A DNA stretch of 64,000 nucleotides from an uncultured delta proteobacterium (GTDB lineage: Bacteria > Myxococcota > Myxococcia > SLRQ01). Where the stretch lies: assembly GCA_963727485.1 (NCBI GenBank), contig CAVSGM010000002.1, forward strand, positions 96,001-160,000. Reading direction: 5' to 3'. This document shows, piece after piece, positions 40,375 to 50,849 of the stretch (positions are counted from its first letter, which is position 1; every line of letters starts with the position of its first letter). A program made the position numbers and the translations under genes. The notes under the pieces are model-generated. The model did not search any database, was not told the DNA's origin, and was given only the letters and a program-made list of their open reading frames with translations.

Positions 40375-41652
40375 ATGCCCATCCCGGCCGAGGCGCTCGT
40401 CGAGCTCAAGTTGGCGTTCCTCCAGGAACTCGACGTGGCGTTCCGTCAGGCCGAGGGCCAGTACGCGGCCCTGGAGGTCGACCCGGCCGATGGCGCCGCC
40501 TACGAGTCCCTGGAGCACTTCTTCCACCGGATCGCCGGGACCGCGGCCAACGTGGAGCTGGCGCAGCTCGGCCACCTCGCGGCGGTCTCCGAGCGGGGCG
40601 CCGCCCTGGGGCGCAAGGGCCTGGGCTCCCTCGACCTGGCCCGGCTGGTCCGCGAGGGCCTCGACGGGGTGGGGGCGGTGCTCGCCACCCACGGCCCCGC
40701 GGCGAGGAGCGCCCGCCCGGGGCTCTCGGCCATGTCCGCCCCCGCCGAGGCGGACCCCGGCGACGAGGTCGCCCGCTCCCAGATCCTGGTGGTCGACGAC
40801 GACGCCTTCAGCGCCGGCCTGGTGGAGAGCTACCTCAAGGGCGCCGGCTTCCGCTCCGCCCACTGCACCGAGCCCGCCCGGGCCTTCGAGGTCATCCAGG
40901 CGGAGATCCCGGACCTCATCATCCTCGACGTGATGATGCCCGGGGTCGACGGCTTCGAGCTGTGCCAGAAGGTGCGCGCCCACCCGGCCCTCCACCTCAC
41001 GCCCATCATCTTCCTCACCCGCAAGGGCGACGTGGAGCAGCGCATCCGGGGCCTGGAGGTCGGGGGCAACGACTACCTCTCCAAGCCCTTCGACCCCGAC
41101 GAGCTGGTGGCCCGGGTCCGCTCCCACCTCTCGCGGATGGCGGCCCTGCGCGACCTGGCGCTCCGGGACGGGCTCACCCGCTGCTACAACCACGGCTACT
41201 TCAAGGTCCGCCTGGAGCAGGAGGTCGACCGGGCGAGGCGCTACAAGCAGGGCTTCGCCCTCGGCCTCCTCGACGTGGACCTGTTCAAGCGCATCAACGA
41301 CACCCACGGCCACCCCGCCGGCGACGCGGTGCTCATGAACCTCGCCAACGTGATCTCGGCGTCGGTGCGCAGCTCCGACGTGGTCGCCCGCTATGGCGGC
41401 GAGGAGTTCGGGCTCCTCCTGGTGCAGGCGGGCATGAAGGAGGCCGAGCTCATCGCCGAGCGCACCCGGGAGCGGGTCGAGGGCCACGGGTTCACCGGCC
41501 CGGGGGTCGACCGGATCCCGGTGACCGTGAGCATCGGGCTCACCGCCCTCGTCGACGACGACACCGTGGAGAGCCTGGTGCAGCGGGCCGACGACGCCCT
41601 CTACCAGGCCAAGGCCGGCGGGCGGAACCAGGTCCAGGTCCGCCTGGCCTAG
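40375..41652 (+). CDS. Hpt-REC-GGDEF diguanylate cyclase (WspR-like with added Hpt)
   Basis: FFHRIAGTA Hpt; ILVVDDD, ILDVMMP, KPF; DGLT, DVDLFKRIND, RSSD, GGEEF. Confidence 0.9.
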   Translation: MPIPAEALVELKLAFLQELDVAFRQAEGQYAALEVDPADGAAYESLEHFFHRIAGTAANVELAQLGHLAAVSERGAALGRKGLGSLDLARLVREGLDGVGAVLATHGPAARSARPGLSAMSAPAEADPGDEVARSQILVVDDDAFSAGLVESYLKGAGFRSAHCTEPARAFEVIQAEIPDLIILDVMMPGVDGFELCQKVRAHPALHLTPIIFLTRKGDVEQRIRGLEVGGNDYLSKPFDPDELVARVRSHLSRMAALRDLALRDGLTRCYNHGYFKVRLEQEVDRARRYKQGFALGLLDVDLFKRINDTHGHPAGDAVLMNLANVISASVRSSDVVARYGGEEFGLLLVQAGMKEAELIAERTRERVEGHGFTGPGVDRIPVTVSIGLTALVDDDTVESLVQRADDALYQAKAGGRNQVQVRLA

Positions 41653-41679
41653 GCGGGCCACGCGCCCTGGGGCCGTGGG

Positions 41680-42084
41680 CTAGGGGTCCGCGTCGGCGGG
41701 CGCCGCGTCGCCCCGGGTCACCCGGGTCTCGATCTCCGGCGGGTGGTGCAGGGTGTTGTGGATGGTGCAGGTCGCCGCCGCCCGCTCCGCGGCCTTCAGG
41801 CGCGACTCGGGCACCCCGGGCCAGGTGATGTCCATGGCGATCTGCCCGACCCGGTAGGGCTTGTCCACGTAGTCCCAGCGCACCCGCACCGCGAGGCCCT
41901 CGATGGAGACTTCGAGGTTCTCGCCGTAGGCCGCGAGCACGGACGCGGTGCACAGGGCGAGCGAGGTGGCGAACATCTGGAGGGCGCTGTAGTGGACGTC
42001 CTCGGCCTCGCTCTCCACGTCGAACCCCGGGGCCTCCAGGTCCGTCAGGGTCAGGTCCGACTCGGCGTGGAGGACGATCCTCAT
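41680..42084 (-). CDS. OsmC family protein
   Basis: SLALCTASVL...ATCTIHNTL two-Cys pattern; ATGA overlap. Confidence 0.7.
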   Translation of the reverse strand: MRIVLHAESDLTLTDLEAPGFDVESEAEDVHYSALQMFATSLALCTASVLAAYGENLEVSIEGLAVRVRWDYVDKPYRVGQIAMDITWPGVPESRLKAAERAAATCTIHNTLHHPPEIETRVTRGDAAPADADP

Positions 42085-42635
42085 GCCGCCGGCTTGGGCC
42101 GGATGAGCCAGGTGGCGGTGGCCCGGGCGACCAGGTCGCCGCTCTCGTCGCGGATCTCGCCGACCAGGACCTTCTCCTGCTCGGCGCTGGTCTCGACCGG
42201 CTCGGTGCGGCAGTCGCAGGTGAGGGTGCCGCGGGCCTTCTTCAGGTACTCGACGTTGAACTTCGTGACGATGCCCCGGGCGTCCGGGGGGAAGTCGTAC
42301 ATCATGGCCAGCCCGGTGGTGACCTCGCCGAGGTTCGCCAGGGCGATGGCGTGGATCGACTCGAGGTGGTTGCGCACCCGGCGCCGGTCGTGGAGGACGG
42401 TGCGGCAGTGGCCCGGCTCCAGCGCCTGGACCACCGCGCCCAGGGTGCCGGTGTAGGGCGCCATCTCGCCCACCAGGCGGCTGAAGAACTCCTTGCCACC
42501 GGGCAGCGGCGAGAGCTTGTCCCAGCCGGTGCGGATGGGCGCCTCGCGGAAGGGTCCGAGGACCCCCTGGAGCGCGGTGACGAAGGTGTCCGCCCCAGGG
42601 AGGGCCTTGAGCTGGTCGAGGAGGGTGTTGGCCAT
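42081..42635 (-). CDS. Hotdog-fold thioesterase (PaaI/DUF4442-like)
   Basis: APYTGT, VRNHLESIHAIALANLGE, VEYLKKARG. Confidence 0.8.
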   Translation of the reverse strand: MANTLLDQLKALPGADTFVTALQGVLGPFREAPIRTGWDKLSPLPGGKEFFSRLVGEMAPYTGTLGAVVQALEPGHCRTVLHDRRRVRNHLESIHAIALANLGEVTTGLAMMYDFPPDARGIVTKFNVEYLKKARGTLTCDCRTEPVETSAEQEKVLVGEIRDESGDLVARATATWLIRPKPAA

Positions 42636-42672
42636 GGCGGCGGCAAGTTAGCACACGGGCGGCCGCGCGCCA

Positions 42673-43539
42673 TCAGATGCCCAGGCCGAGCGCCCGTGGC
42701 GCCGCGGCGCGCGGGGCCCCGTGGACCCGGAAGGTCATCTCCCCGTCGACGCCGACCACGGCCCCGCCCGGGACCGGCTGCCACACGTTCTCGCTCCCGA
42801 GCGGCTCGCTGGCCACCAGGAGGTGGCGCACCGTGCTGCCGGGCGCCACGGCGGCCTCGCAGGCGGCGTGGCGCAGGGGGCAGGCGCGCCGCTCCGGGCA
42901 CCGGGCCTTGTGGGTCGAGTACCAGAGGGTGTTCCCCTCGTGGAGGGCCACGAGCACCGGCCCGTTGGTGGCGACGAAGGTGAGGACCGAGGGCTTCTCG
43001 GCGCCCGGGTCGGCCAGCGCCCGGAGGCCGGCGGCGACGGCCCGCAGCGCCTCGGCGCAGCGCTCGAAGGAGAGGTCCGGGTCCTCGGGGTCGGCGTCCC
43101 GGGCGAGCTCGGTGAGGAAGAGGCCGAAGCACCGCTCGCTGTCGGTCTCGCCGACGTGGTCCCGCCACCTGGGGGCGACGCGTCGCTCCACCTCGGCACG
43201 GACCGCGTCCCACCGGGCGATGTCCCCGTTGTGGGCAAAGGCCCAGCGGCCCCGGACGAAGGGGTGGCAGTTCTCCTCGGTGACCTCGCCGCAGGAGGCC
43301 TTGCGCACGTGGGCGACGACGGTCTGGGAGGCGACCAGGTCCACGGCGCGGCTGAAGTCGCCGTCGGCGAAGGCGGCGCCGGTGCCCCGCTCGACCCTGG
43401 GGCCGGCGGCGTCGAAGGTGGCGATCCCCCAGCCGTCCGGGTGGGCGCGCGACTGCACCGTGAGGGCGTTGCGCGCCCGCAGGAGCGACTGGTGCACCCC
43501 GCTCTCCATGGCGGAGCGGAAGCCGAAGACGCGGCACAT
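42673..43539 (-). CDS. Class II glutamine amidotransferase (YafJ/EgtC-like Ntn hydrolase)
   Basis: N-terminal MCR, HPDGWG, AHVRKAS, NCHPF, FAHNG, GETDSE, VASEPL. Confidence 0.88.
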   Translation of the reverse strand: MCRVFGFRSAMESGVHQSLLRARNALTVQSRAHPDGWGIATFDAAGPRVERGTGAAFADGDFSRAVDLVASQTVVAHVRKASCGEVTEENCHPFVRGRWAFAHNGDIARWDAVRAEVERRVAPRWRDHVGETDSERCFGLFLTELARDADPEDPDLSFERCAEALRAVAAGLRALADPGAEKPSVLTFVATNGPVLVALHEGNTLWYSTHKARCPERRACPLRHAACEAAVAPGSTVRHLLVASEPLGSENVWQPVPGGAVVGVDGEMTFRVHGAPRAAAPRALGLGI

Positions 43540-43554
43540 CTCCCGAATCCTACC

Positions 43555-44826
43555 TCATGGCCGGGGTGCGCACCGGTCCCCATGCACCACCTGCCCCCCG
43601 GCGACCACGATCCGAGCATGGGGCACGGCGAGGTGGTAGGCCAGGTGGCGAAAGTCCCGGGCCCGGTGGATCACCAGGTCGGCCCGGGCCCCCGGCGCCA
43701 GGCGCCCGACCTCGCCCTCGAGGCCAAGCGACCGGGCGGCGCCGTCGGTGGCGGCGAGGAGCGCCTCGGCGGGGGTGAGGCCGTTGTTCAGGCAGGCGAG
43801 GCCGAGGGCCAGGGCGTGGTTCCCGGTGTTCGCCGAGCCCGGGTTCCAGTTGGTCCCCAGCGCCAGGATCGCCCCGGCGTCGGCCAGGGCCCGGCCCGGG
43901 GCGTAGCGCGGCAGCCGGGTGAAGAGGGTCGCGGTGGGCAGGAGGCCGGCGACGGTGCCGGTGTCGGCCAGCGCCCGGATGCCCGCCTCGGAGATCTGCT
44001 CCAGGTGGTCGGCGCTCTTCGCCCCCAGGTCCGCGGCGAGCTCGGCGCCGCCCCCGGCGGTGAGCTGGTCCACGTGGAGGCGCAGGGAGAGGCCCGCGCC
44101 CTCGGCGGCGGCGGCGAGGCGCTCGGCGTCGGTGGCGGTGAAGGCCCCGGCCTCGACGAAGGCGTCCACGTGGGCGGCGAGGCCCGCCTCGGCGGCGGCG
44201 GGGATCATCTCCCGGCGCACCAGGTCGACGTAGGCGGCGCGCTTGCCCTCGTACTCCGGGGGCACCGCGTGGGCGCCGAGGAGGGTGGCGACGACCTTGA
44301 GCGGCGAGGCGTCTGCGGCCCGGCGGATGGCGCGCAGGAGCTTGAGCTCCTCGTCCACCGTGAGCCCGTAGCCGCTCTTCACCTCCACGGTGGTCACGCC
44401 CTGGCGGGCGAGGGCGTCGAGGCGCCGGCCGCACAGGGCCGCGAGCTCGTCCTCGGAGGCGGCGCGGGTGGCCTTCACCGTGGCGAGGATGCCCCCGCCC
44501 CGGCGCATGATGTCGAGGTAGGGCACCCCGGCGCAGCGCTCGGCGAACTCGGCGCTCCGGTCCCCGGCGAAGGCCAGGTGCGTGTGGGGATCGACGAGGC
44601 CCGGGGTCACGAGATCGCCCCCGGCGTCGAGGCGCACCACGTCCTCGGCCACCTCCCCGTCGAAGGCGGCGGCGGGGCCGGCGTAGGTCACCCGGCCCGC
44701 CCGGGCGGCGACCACCGCCTCGCCCACGAGCCCCAGGGCCACCTCGGCCCCGGCCGCGCGCGCTCCGGCGCAGGTGACGAGCTGGCCGATGCCGGTGACG
44801 AGGAGGTCCGCCGGCTCGGCGGTCAC
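43555..44826 (-). CDS. hutI: Imidazolonepropionase
   Basis: [46 protein letters not shown]; adjacent to hutU. Confidence 0.94.
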   Translation of the reverse strand: MTAEPADLLVTGIGQLVTCAGARAAGAEVALGLVGEAVVAARAGRVTYAGPAAAFDGEVAEDVVRLDAGGDLVTPGLVDPHTHLAFAGDRSAEFAERCAGVPYLDIMRRGGGILATVKATRAASEDELAALCGRRLDALARQGVTTVEVKSGYGLTVDEELKLLRAIRRAADASPLKVVATLLGAHAVPPEYEGKRAAYVDLVRREMIPAAAEAGLAAHVDAFVEAGAFTATDAERLAAAAEGAGLSLRLHVDQLTAGGGAELAADLGAKSADHLEQISEAGIRALADTGTVAGLLPTATLFTRLPRYAPGRALADAGAILALGTNWNPGSANTGNHALALGLACLNNGLTPAEALLAATDGAARSLGLEGEVGRLAPGARADLVIHRARDFRHLAYHLAVPHARIVVAGGQVVHGDRCAPRP

Positions 44827-46478
44827 ATCGTCACCCCGGGGATCTTCACGTGCTTGGCCCGGGCCACCTCGATGGCCTCCTCGTAGCCCGCGTCCACGTG
44901 GCGGAGGATGCCCATCCCCGGGTCGCTTTCGAGCACCCGCGAGAGGCGCCTCGCCGCCGCCTCGGTGCCGTCGGCGACGATGACCTGCCCGGCGTGGAGC
45001 GCGTAGCCGATGCCCACGCCCCCGCCGTGGTGGAAGCTCACCCAGCTGGCGCCGTTCACCGCGTTGACCAGGGCGTTCAAGATGGGCCAGTCGGCGATGG
45101 CGTCGGAGCCGTCCTTCATCGCCTCGGTCTCGCGGTTGGGCGAGGCCACCGACCCGCAGTCGAGGTGGTCGCGGCCGATGACGATGGGGGCCTCCACCTC
45201 ACCCTTGCGCACCAGCTCGTTGAAGGCGAGGCCCGCCTGCTCACGCTCCCCGTAGCCCAGCCAGCAGATCCGCGCCGGCAGCCCCTGGAAGTGGACCTTC
45301 TCCCGGGCGAGCTCGAGCCAGCGCATCAGGTGGGCCTTCTCGGGGAAGAGCGCCTTGATGGCCTCGTCGGTGCGGTAGATGTCCTCGGGCTTTCCGGAGA
45401 GCGCCACCCAGCGGAACGGGCCCTGGCCCTCGCAGAAGAGCGGCCGGATGTACGCGGGCACGAAGCCCGGGAAGTCGAAGGCGTTCTCGAGGCCCCCGAG
45501 CTGGGCCTGGCCCCGGAGGTTGTTGCCGTAGTCGAAGACGTTCGAGCCGGCGGCCTTGAGGTCGAGCATGGCCTTGACGTGGGTGACCATGCTCTCCCGG
45601 GCGCGGGCCACGTAGCCCTCGGGGTCGCGCTCCCGCAGCGCCGCGGCCGCGTCGAGGGTGAGGCCCGCCGGGATGTAGCCGTTGAGGGGGTCGTGGGCGC
45701 TGGTCTGGTCGGTGACGAGATCCGGGACGATGCCCCGACGCACCACCTCCGGGTAGACCTCGGCGGCGTTGCCGAGCAGCGCGATGGACCGGGGGATCTT
45801 CTGCTCCATGGCCTCGGTGGCGAGCTTCATCGCCTCGTCGAGGGTGTCGGCCTTCACGTCGCAGTACCCGGTCTCGAGGCGCCGCTCGATGCGGTGGGGA
45901 TCGACCTCGACGCCGATGAACACCCCGCCGGCGAGGGTCGCGGCCAGCGGCTGGGCCCCGCCCATGCCTCCGAGGCCCGCGGAGAGCACCAGGCGCCCGG
46001 CGAGATCCTCGGTGCCGAAGTGCTTCCGCGCGGCGGCGATGAAGGTCTCGTAGGTGCCCTGGAGGATCCCCTGGGTGCCGATGTAGATCCAGGAGCCGGC
46101 GGTCATCTGCCCGAACATGATGAGGCCCTTGGCCTCGAGCTCGTGGAAGTGCTCCCAGGTGGCCCAGTGGCCCACCAGGTTGGAGTTGGCGATGAGCACC
46201 CGGGGCGCGTCGGGGTGGGTCCGCAGCACGCCCACCGGCTTGCCCGACTGGACCATCAGGGTCTCGTCGTCGCCGAGGCCGCGCAGCGCCTCGACGATGG
46301 CGTCGAAGGCCTCCCAGCTCCGGGCGGCCTTGCCGGTGCCGCCGTAGACCACCAGGTCCTCGGGCCGTTCTGCCACCTCCGGGTCCAGGTTGTTCATGAT
46401 CATGCGAAGGGCGGCCTCCTGGATCCAGCCCTTGCAGGAGATCTCCTTGCCTCGGGGAGCGCGGATGGTGCGTGCCAT
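44823..46478 (-). CDS. hutU: Urocanate hydratase
   Basis: [52 protein letters not shown]. Confidence 0.98.
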   Translation of the reverse strand: MARTIRAPRGKEISCKGWIQEAALRMIMNNLDPEVAERPEDLVVYGGTGKAARSWEAFDAIVEALRGLGDDETLMVQSGKPVGVLRTHPDAPRVLIANSNLVGHWATWEHFHELEAKGLIMFGQMTAGSWIYIGTQGILQGTYETFIAAARKHFGTEDLAGRLVLSAGLGGMGGAQPLAATLAGGVFIGVEVDPHRIERRLETGYCDVKADTLDEAMKLATEAMEQKIPRSIALLGNAAEVYPEVVRRGIVPDLVTDQTSAHDPLNGYIPAGLTLDAAAALRERDPEGYVARARESMVTHVKAMLDLKAAGSNVFDYGNNLRGQAQLGGLENAFDFPGFVPAYIRPLFCEGQGPFRWVALSGKPEDIYRTDEAIKALFPEKAHLMRWLELAREKVHFQGLPARICWLGYGEREQAGLAFNELVRKGEVEAPIVIGRDHLDCGSVASPNRETEAMKDGSDAIADWPILNALVNAVNGASWVSFHHGGGVGIGYALHAGQVIVADGTEAAARRLSRVLESDPGMGILRHVDAGYEEAIEVARAKHVKIPGVTM

Positions 46479-46624
46479 GGCGGCGGTTCTAGACCGGCGG
46501 CCCGGGGTCATCAAGGCGCGGTGCGGCGCGCGGGTCCACAGGCCTCCGGGGCGGGGCCGCTCGGGCGGCGGCGGGTGGGGGGCGCTTTCCCCGGCCGCTT
46601 CGCGCGTGGTACGACAGGGGCGCG

Positions 46625-47029
46625 ATGATGAGGCGCATCCGGGTCGTGGCGGGCATGATCGAGCAGCAGGGGCTGTATCTCATCACCCAGCGGCGGCCCC
46701 AGGCCACGCTCCCGCTCCTCTGGGAGTTCCCCGGTGGCCGGGTGGAGAGCGGCGAGCGCGACGAGGCGGCCCTCGCCCGGGAGCTCGAGGAGGAGATGGG
46801 CATCATCGTCGCGGTGGACGATCAGGTCCTCGAGGTCGAGCACGTGTACCCCGACTACGAGGTCGAGTTCCTGGTGTACCGGGCGCGGATCGTCTCCGGG
46901 GTGATCCGGCACATCAAGGTGCACGACCACCGGTGGGTCACCGCCTCCGAGCTCGACGAGTACGAGTTCCCCGGCGCCGACAGCCGGTCCATGGATCTGC
47001 TGATCAAGGGCGACCGCGGGGACGCCTGA
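46625..47029 (+). CDS. MutT-like NUDIX hydrolase
   Basis: [12 protein letters not shown]...[11 protein letters not shown]udix box; FPGAD. Confidence 0.88.
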   Translation: MMRRIRVVAGMIEQQGLYLITQRRPQATLPLLWEFPGGRVESGERDEAALARELEEEMGIIVAVDDQVLEVEHVYPDYEVEFLVYRARIVSGVIRHIKVHDHRWVTASELDEYEFPGADSRSMDLLIKGDRGDA

Positions 47030-47214
47030 AGCCGGGGGCGCGGTCTCCCCGGGCGCGGACGCGCGGCGCCGCTGGGGAAGATCCGGGGAGGGCGATCTCG
47101 CCCGCTGGTGGCGCGGCGAGAACGCCGGGCGCACCGTCTGCGCAGGGGCCGACGTCTTGCAGCACCCAGGGGGGTGGCTACGTTGGCCCCTGAACCGACG
47201 GAGCGAAATCGACC

Positions 47215-49363
47215 ATGCCCGACTCCCAGAACGACCGGCGCGGACCCACCCTTCCCAAGGGGCAGGAGCCCGGCCCGGGCGGTCCCCAGCCCCCGCGTCC
47301 GTCGCCCTTCGAGCGCCTCCGCTCGCCCCTGCTCTGGGCCCTGCTGGTCCTGGCGGGCCTCTTCGTCTTCCAGACCTTCATGGCCGGCTCGGACGTCAAG
47401 GAGGTCCCCTACAGCGAGTTCAAGACCGCGGTCTCCGAGGGGCGCTTCTCCAAGGTCGTCGTCTCCGAGGGGTGGGTGAAGGGCTTCCCCAAGGCCACCC
47501 CGGCGCCCTCCGCCGAGACGCCCCAGGCGGCGGGCAAGGGCACGCCCATCGCCGAGGGCACCCAGCCTCCGAAGGCCGCCGAGCCGGCCGCCGAGGCCAA
47601 GAAGCCCCGGGCGCGGATGCCGCTGTTCGGGGCCACGGGCCCGGCGACGCCCCAGCCGTGGAAGGCCAACCGGGTGCCCAACGACCAGAGCCTGGTGAAG
47701 CTCCTGGACGCCGAGCACCTCGACTACACCTACCAGCCGGCCTCCCAGTTCGGGTCCATCTTCTGGATTCTGGATCCTGCCCATCGGCATCGCCCTGCTC
47801 ATCTGGGTGTTCTTCATGCGCCGGATGAGCGGCCAGGCCGGCCAGGGGCCCCAGGGGCTCATGGCCTTTGGCAAGAGCAAGGCCCGGGTCCACGTGGAGC
47901 CGGACACCAACGTCACCTTCAAGGACGTCGCCGGCATCGACGAGGCGGTCGAGGAGCTCGAGGAGATCGTCGGCTTCCTCCAGAAGCCCGAGAAGTACCG
48001 GCGCCTCGGCGGCAAGATCCCCAAGGGCGTGCTCCTGGTGGGCCCCCCGGGGACGGGCAAGACGCTGCTGGCGCGCGCGGTGGCCGGGGAGGCCGGCGTG
48101 CCCTTCTTCTCCCTCTCGGGATCCGAGTTCGTGGAGATGTTCGTGGGCGTCGGTGCCGCCCGGGTCCGTGACCTCTTCCAGCAGGCCCAGGGCCGGGCGC
48201 CCGCCATCATCTTCATCGACGAGCTCGACGCCCTGGCCAAGACCCGCAGCTCCTCGAGCATGATGGGCGGCCACGACGAGCGCGAGCAGACCCTCAACCA
48301 GCTCCTCTCGGAGATGGACGGCTTCGACCCGCGGGTGGGGCTCATCGTCCTCGCCGCCACCAACCGCCCCGAGATCCTCGACCCGGCGCTGATGCGCCCC
48401 GGCCGCTTCGACCGACAGGTCCTGGTCGACCGCCCGGACAAGCTCGGGCGCAAGGCGATCCTCGCCATCCACGTGAAGGAGGTGACCCTCGCCGAGGACG
48501 TGAACCTCGAGGAGATCGCCGCCCAGACGCCAGGCTTCGCCGGCGCGGACCTCGCCAACGTGGTGAACGAGGCGGCGCTGCTGGCGGCCCGCCGGGGCGC
48601 CGACGGCGTCTACATGCGCGACTTCGACGAGGCCATCGAGCGGGTGGTCGCCGGCCTGCGCAAGAAGAACCGGCGGATGAACGAGACCGAGAAGCGCACG
48701 GTGGCCTACCACGAGTCCGGGCACGCCCTGGTGGGGCTGTCCCTGCCCAACGCCGACCCGGTGCAGAAGGTCTCCATCATCCCCCACGGCCTCGGGGCGC
48801 TGGGCTACACGATGCAGATGCCCCTCGAGGACCGCTACCTGATGACCGTCGACGAGCTCCGGGACAAGATGGCCGGGCTCCTCGGGGGCCGCGCCGCCGA
48901 GGAGATTGTCTTCGGCCGGGTGAGCACCGGGGCCTCCGACGACCTCAAGAAGGCCACCGAGATCGCCCGGGTGATGGTCACCGAGTACGGGATGAGCGAC
49001 GCCATCGGGCCGCTGGGCCTCGCCGAGCGCCGGAACCGGTTCCTCGGGGACGAGATGCCCGCCATGATGGAGCGCAGCTACAGCGAGCGCACCGCCGAGG
49101 TCGTGGACGGCGAGATCAAGCGGCTGGTCAGCGAGGCCCTCGAGCGGGCGCGGGCGGTGATCGGTGAGCGGCGGGAGATCCTGGAGGCCATCGCGGCCCA
49201 CCTCCTGGAGCACGAGGTCATCGACAGGGACACCCTGTACGAGATCGCGGGATCTCCGTCCTCGGAGCAGGTGGCGCGGCGGAAGGTCAACGGGCAGCTC
49301 GAGGGACCGCGCCCGGCCGCGAAAGGAAACCCCAATGGCGACGCACAGTGGAAAAGCGCATGA
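47215..49363 (+). CDS. ftsH: ATP-dependent zinc metalloprotease FtsH; apparent +1 frameshift near 47765-47770
   Basis: TM1 and VPYSEF in frame 1; TM2, [26 protein letters not shown] in frame 2; length 3n+1. Confidence 0.93.
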
Positions 49364-49550
49364 GGCTCGCAAGCTCCTCTTCGCGCGGGGCGTGCGACGC
49401 GGGTGGCTCACCCTCGACGAGGTCGAGGGGGCCTTGCCGCCCGGGGCGCTGACGCCGGCAGAGCGGTGGCTGCTCTTCTACAGCCTCCGGGCCGCGGGCA
49501 TCGAGATCCGGGGCCTGGGCGACGAGGCGGACGCCGCCGCCGGCGCGTGA
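49335..49550 (+). CDS. Stand-alone sigma70 region 1.1-like small protein (71 aa)
   Basis: [21 protein letters not shown]...LRAAGIEI resembles RpoD region 1.1 (L..GK..G.LTY.E....LP...L...GI.V); AAAGGA RBS. Confidence 0.6.
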   Translation: MATHSGKAHEARKLLFARGVRRGWLTLDEVEGALPPGALTPAERWLLFYSLRAAGIEIRGLGDEADAAAGA

Positions 49551-49572
49551 CCGGCAGGCGGCCCGGGCGCCC

Positions 49573-50181
49573 CTAGAAGATCCGCGACACCAGCACCGCG
49601 CCGCTCCTCGCGTCCTTGACCCGGAAGCCGGCGAAGCGCGCGGCGACCCCGGCGGCGTGGTGGCCGTGGCCGGCGAGGTGCCAGACCTTCCCGGGGCGGA
49701 AGAGGAGCTCGAGGGTCACGTTCTGGGTGTGGACCGCGAGATCGAGGCTCCGGCGCGACATCCCGTCCGGGAGCCGGGCGGTCAGCGGCAGCAGGCGCAT
49801 CCGCGGGTTCCCCCGGCGGTCGAGGCGGTGGGGCCGGCCCCGGGTGAGGCCATAGCCCGAGCCGCCGAACACCGGCGTGAGGTAGAGGCGGACCCGGCCG
49901 CCGCCGAGGTCCTGGCCCACCTGGAGGAGCTGGCTCATGGCGTCGGGGAGGCGCGTGTAGAAGAGGTGGCCGGTGAGCCCCCGGCGGTGGGCGGCGGCCT
50001 GGCGCGCGCAGGTGCGCCGGTCGGGGCTGCGGGCGCAGTCCCCGACGTAGTCGTCGAGGAAGTGGCCGAGGTCCTCGACCGCGGTGGCCTTGGCCTTGAG
50101 GGCGTCGAAGGAGGGACGCGCCACCGTGAGGTGGGCGGGGACGAAGAGGAGGGCGGCGAGGAGCGGGATCGCGGTGCGCAT
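49573..50181 (-). CDS. Hypothetical secreted protein
   Basis: Signal peptide; FLDDYVGDC...C; GC3 codon bias. Confidence 0.6.
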   Translation of the reverse strand: MRTAIPLLAALLFVPAHLTVARPSFDALKAKATAVEDLGHFLDDYVGDCARSPDRRTCARQAAAHRRGLTGHLFYTRLPDAMSQLLQVGQDLGGGRVRLYLTPVFGGSGYGLTRGRPHRLDRRGNPRMRLLPLTARLPDGMSRRSLDLAVHTQNVTLELLFRPGKVWHLAGHGHHAAGVAARFAGFRVKDARSGAVLVSRIF

Positions 50182-50271
50182 CGGTCGAGGATGGCAGAGG
50201 CTCCGCCGGCGCAGCAACGGCGTGGTGGTGAGATTTTTGACCACATCAGCCTACAGGGTACGCTCGAATCC

Positions 50272-50649
50272 ATGGGAGACATCCACGACACCGGAGACAT
50301 CCACGACGGCGAGCGGCGCCGGGCGCGGCGGCTGGACAAGGCCTTCCCCGTCTTCCTCTCGGGCAACCGGGGGGTGTGCTTCGGCATCGCCCGGAACATC
50401 AGCGAGGGGGGCATGTTCGTGGAGACCGACGACGGGGATCCCCTCGGCAGCCGGCTCCTGGTCACCTTCGCCTGGCCCGGCGGGGGCGCCGAGCTCTCCT
50501 GCGAGGCCGAGGTCCGCTACACCACCGTGGAGCGCTACGGCGAGGGGCTGGGCGAGCGGGCGATGCAGGGCATGGGCCTGAAGTTCCTGCGGTTCCTGCC
50601 CCGGGACGAGTACGAGGCGCCCCCGGCGGATCCCGGCGCCCTGCACTAG
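50272..50649 (+). CDS. PilZ domain protein
   Basis: RRARR (RxxxR) and NISEGG motifs, GMGLKF. Confidence 0.87.
   Translation: MGDIHDTGDIHDGERRRARRLDKAFPVFLSGNRGVCFGIARNISEGGMFVETDDGDPLGSRLLVTFAWPGGGAELSCEAEVRYTTVERYGEGLGERAMQGMGLKFLRFLPRDEYEAPPADPGALH
50275..50307 (+). repeat. 15-bp direct repeat, 18-bp period, at the PilZ N-terminus
   Basis: ggagacatccacgac-acc-ggagacatccacgac (GDIHD-T-GDIHD). Confidence 0.8.
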
Positions 50650-50706
50650 GGCGCCGATCGGTGCGCTAGGCAGGGGCCGGCCCCTGTGCTAAATCGTCCG
50701 CCCCGT

Positions 50707-50782
50707 GCCGACATAGCTCAGTTGGTAGAGCAGCTGATTCGTAATCAGCAGGTCGTCAGTTCGAGTCTGACTGTCGGCTCCA
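50707..50782 (+). tRNA. tRNA-Thr(CGT)
   Basis: Acceptor GCCGACA/TGTCGGC, D-arm TAGCTCAGTTGGTAGAGC, anticodon loop TTCGTAA, T-loop GTTCGAGT, encoded CCA, 76 nt. Confidence 0.97.
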
Positions 50783-50783
50783 C

Positions 50784-50811
50784 GAAGGCCCCGCTCGATG
50801 GCGGGGTCTTC
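50784..50811. terminator. Hairpin downstream of the tRNA, between convergent genes
   Basis: GAAGGCCCCGC-tcgatg-GCGGGGTCTTC, 11-bp stem with one G:U pair. Confidence 0.6.
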
Positions 50812-50849
50812 GCCTTCCGTCCCGCTGGCCACGCGCGCGCCCCGGGACC

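Noticed and set aside
47761..47774. TTCTGGA x2 in ftsH as a phase-variation or programmed frameshift site
   Set aside because: A single-base GATC to GATTC error restores the frame and matches the pattern at other sites; two 7-mer copies are weak for slipped-strand switching.
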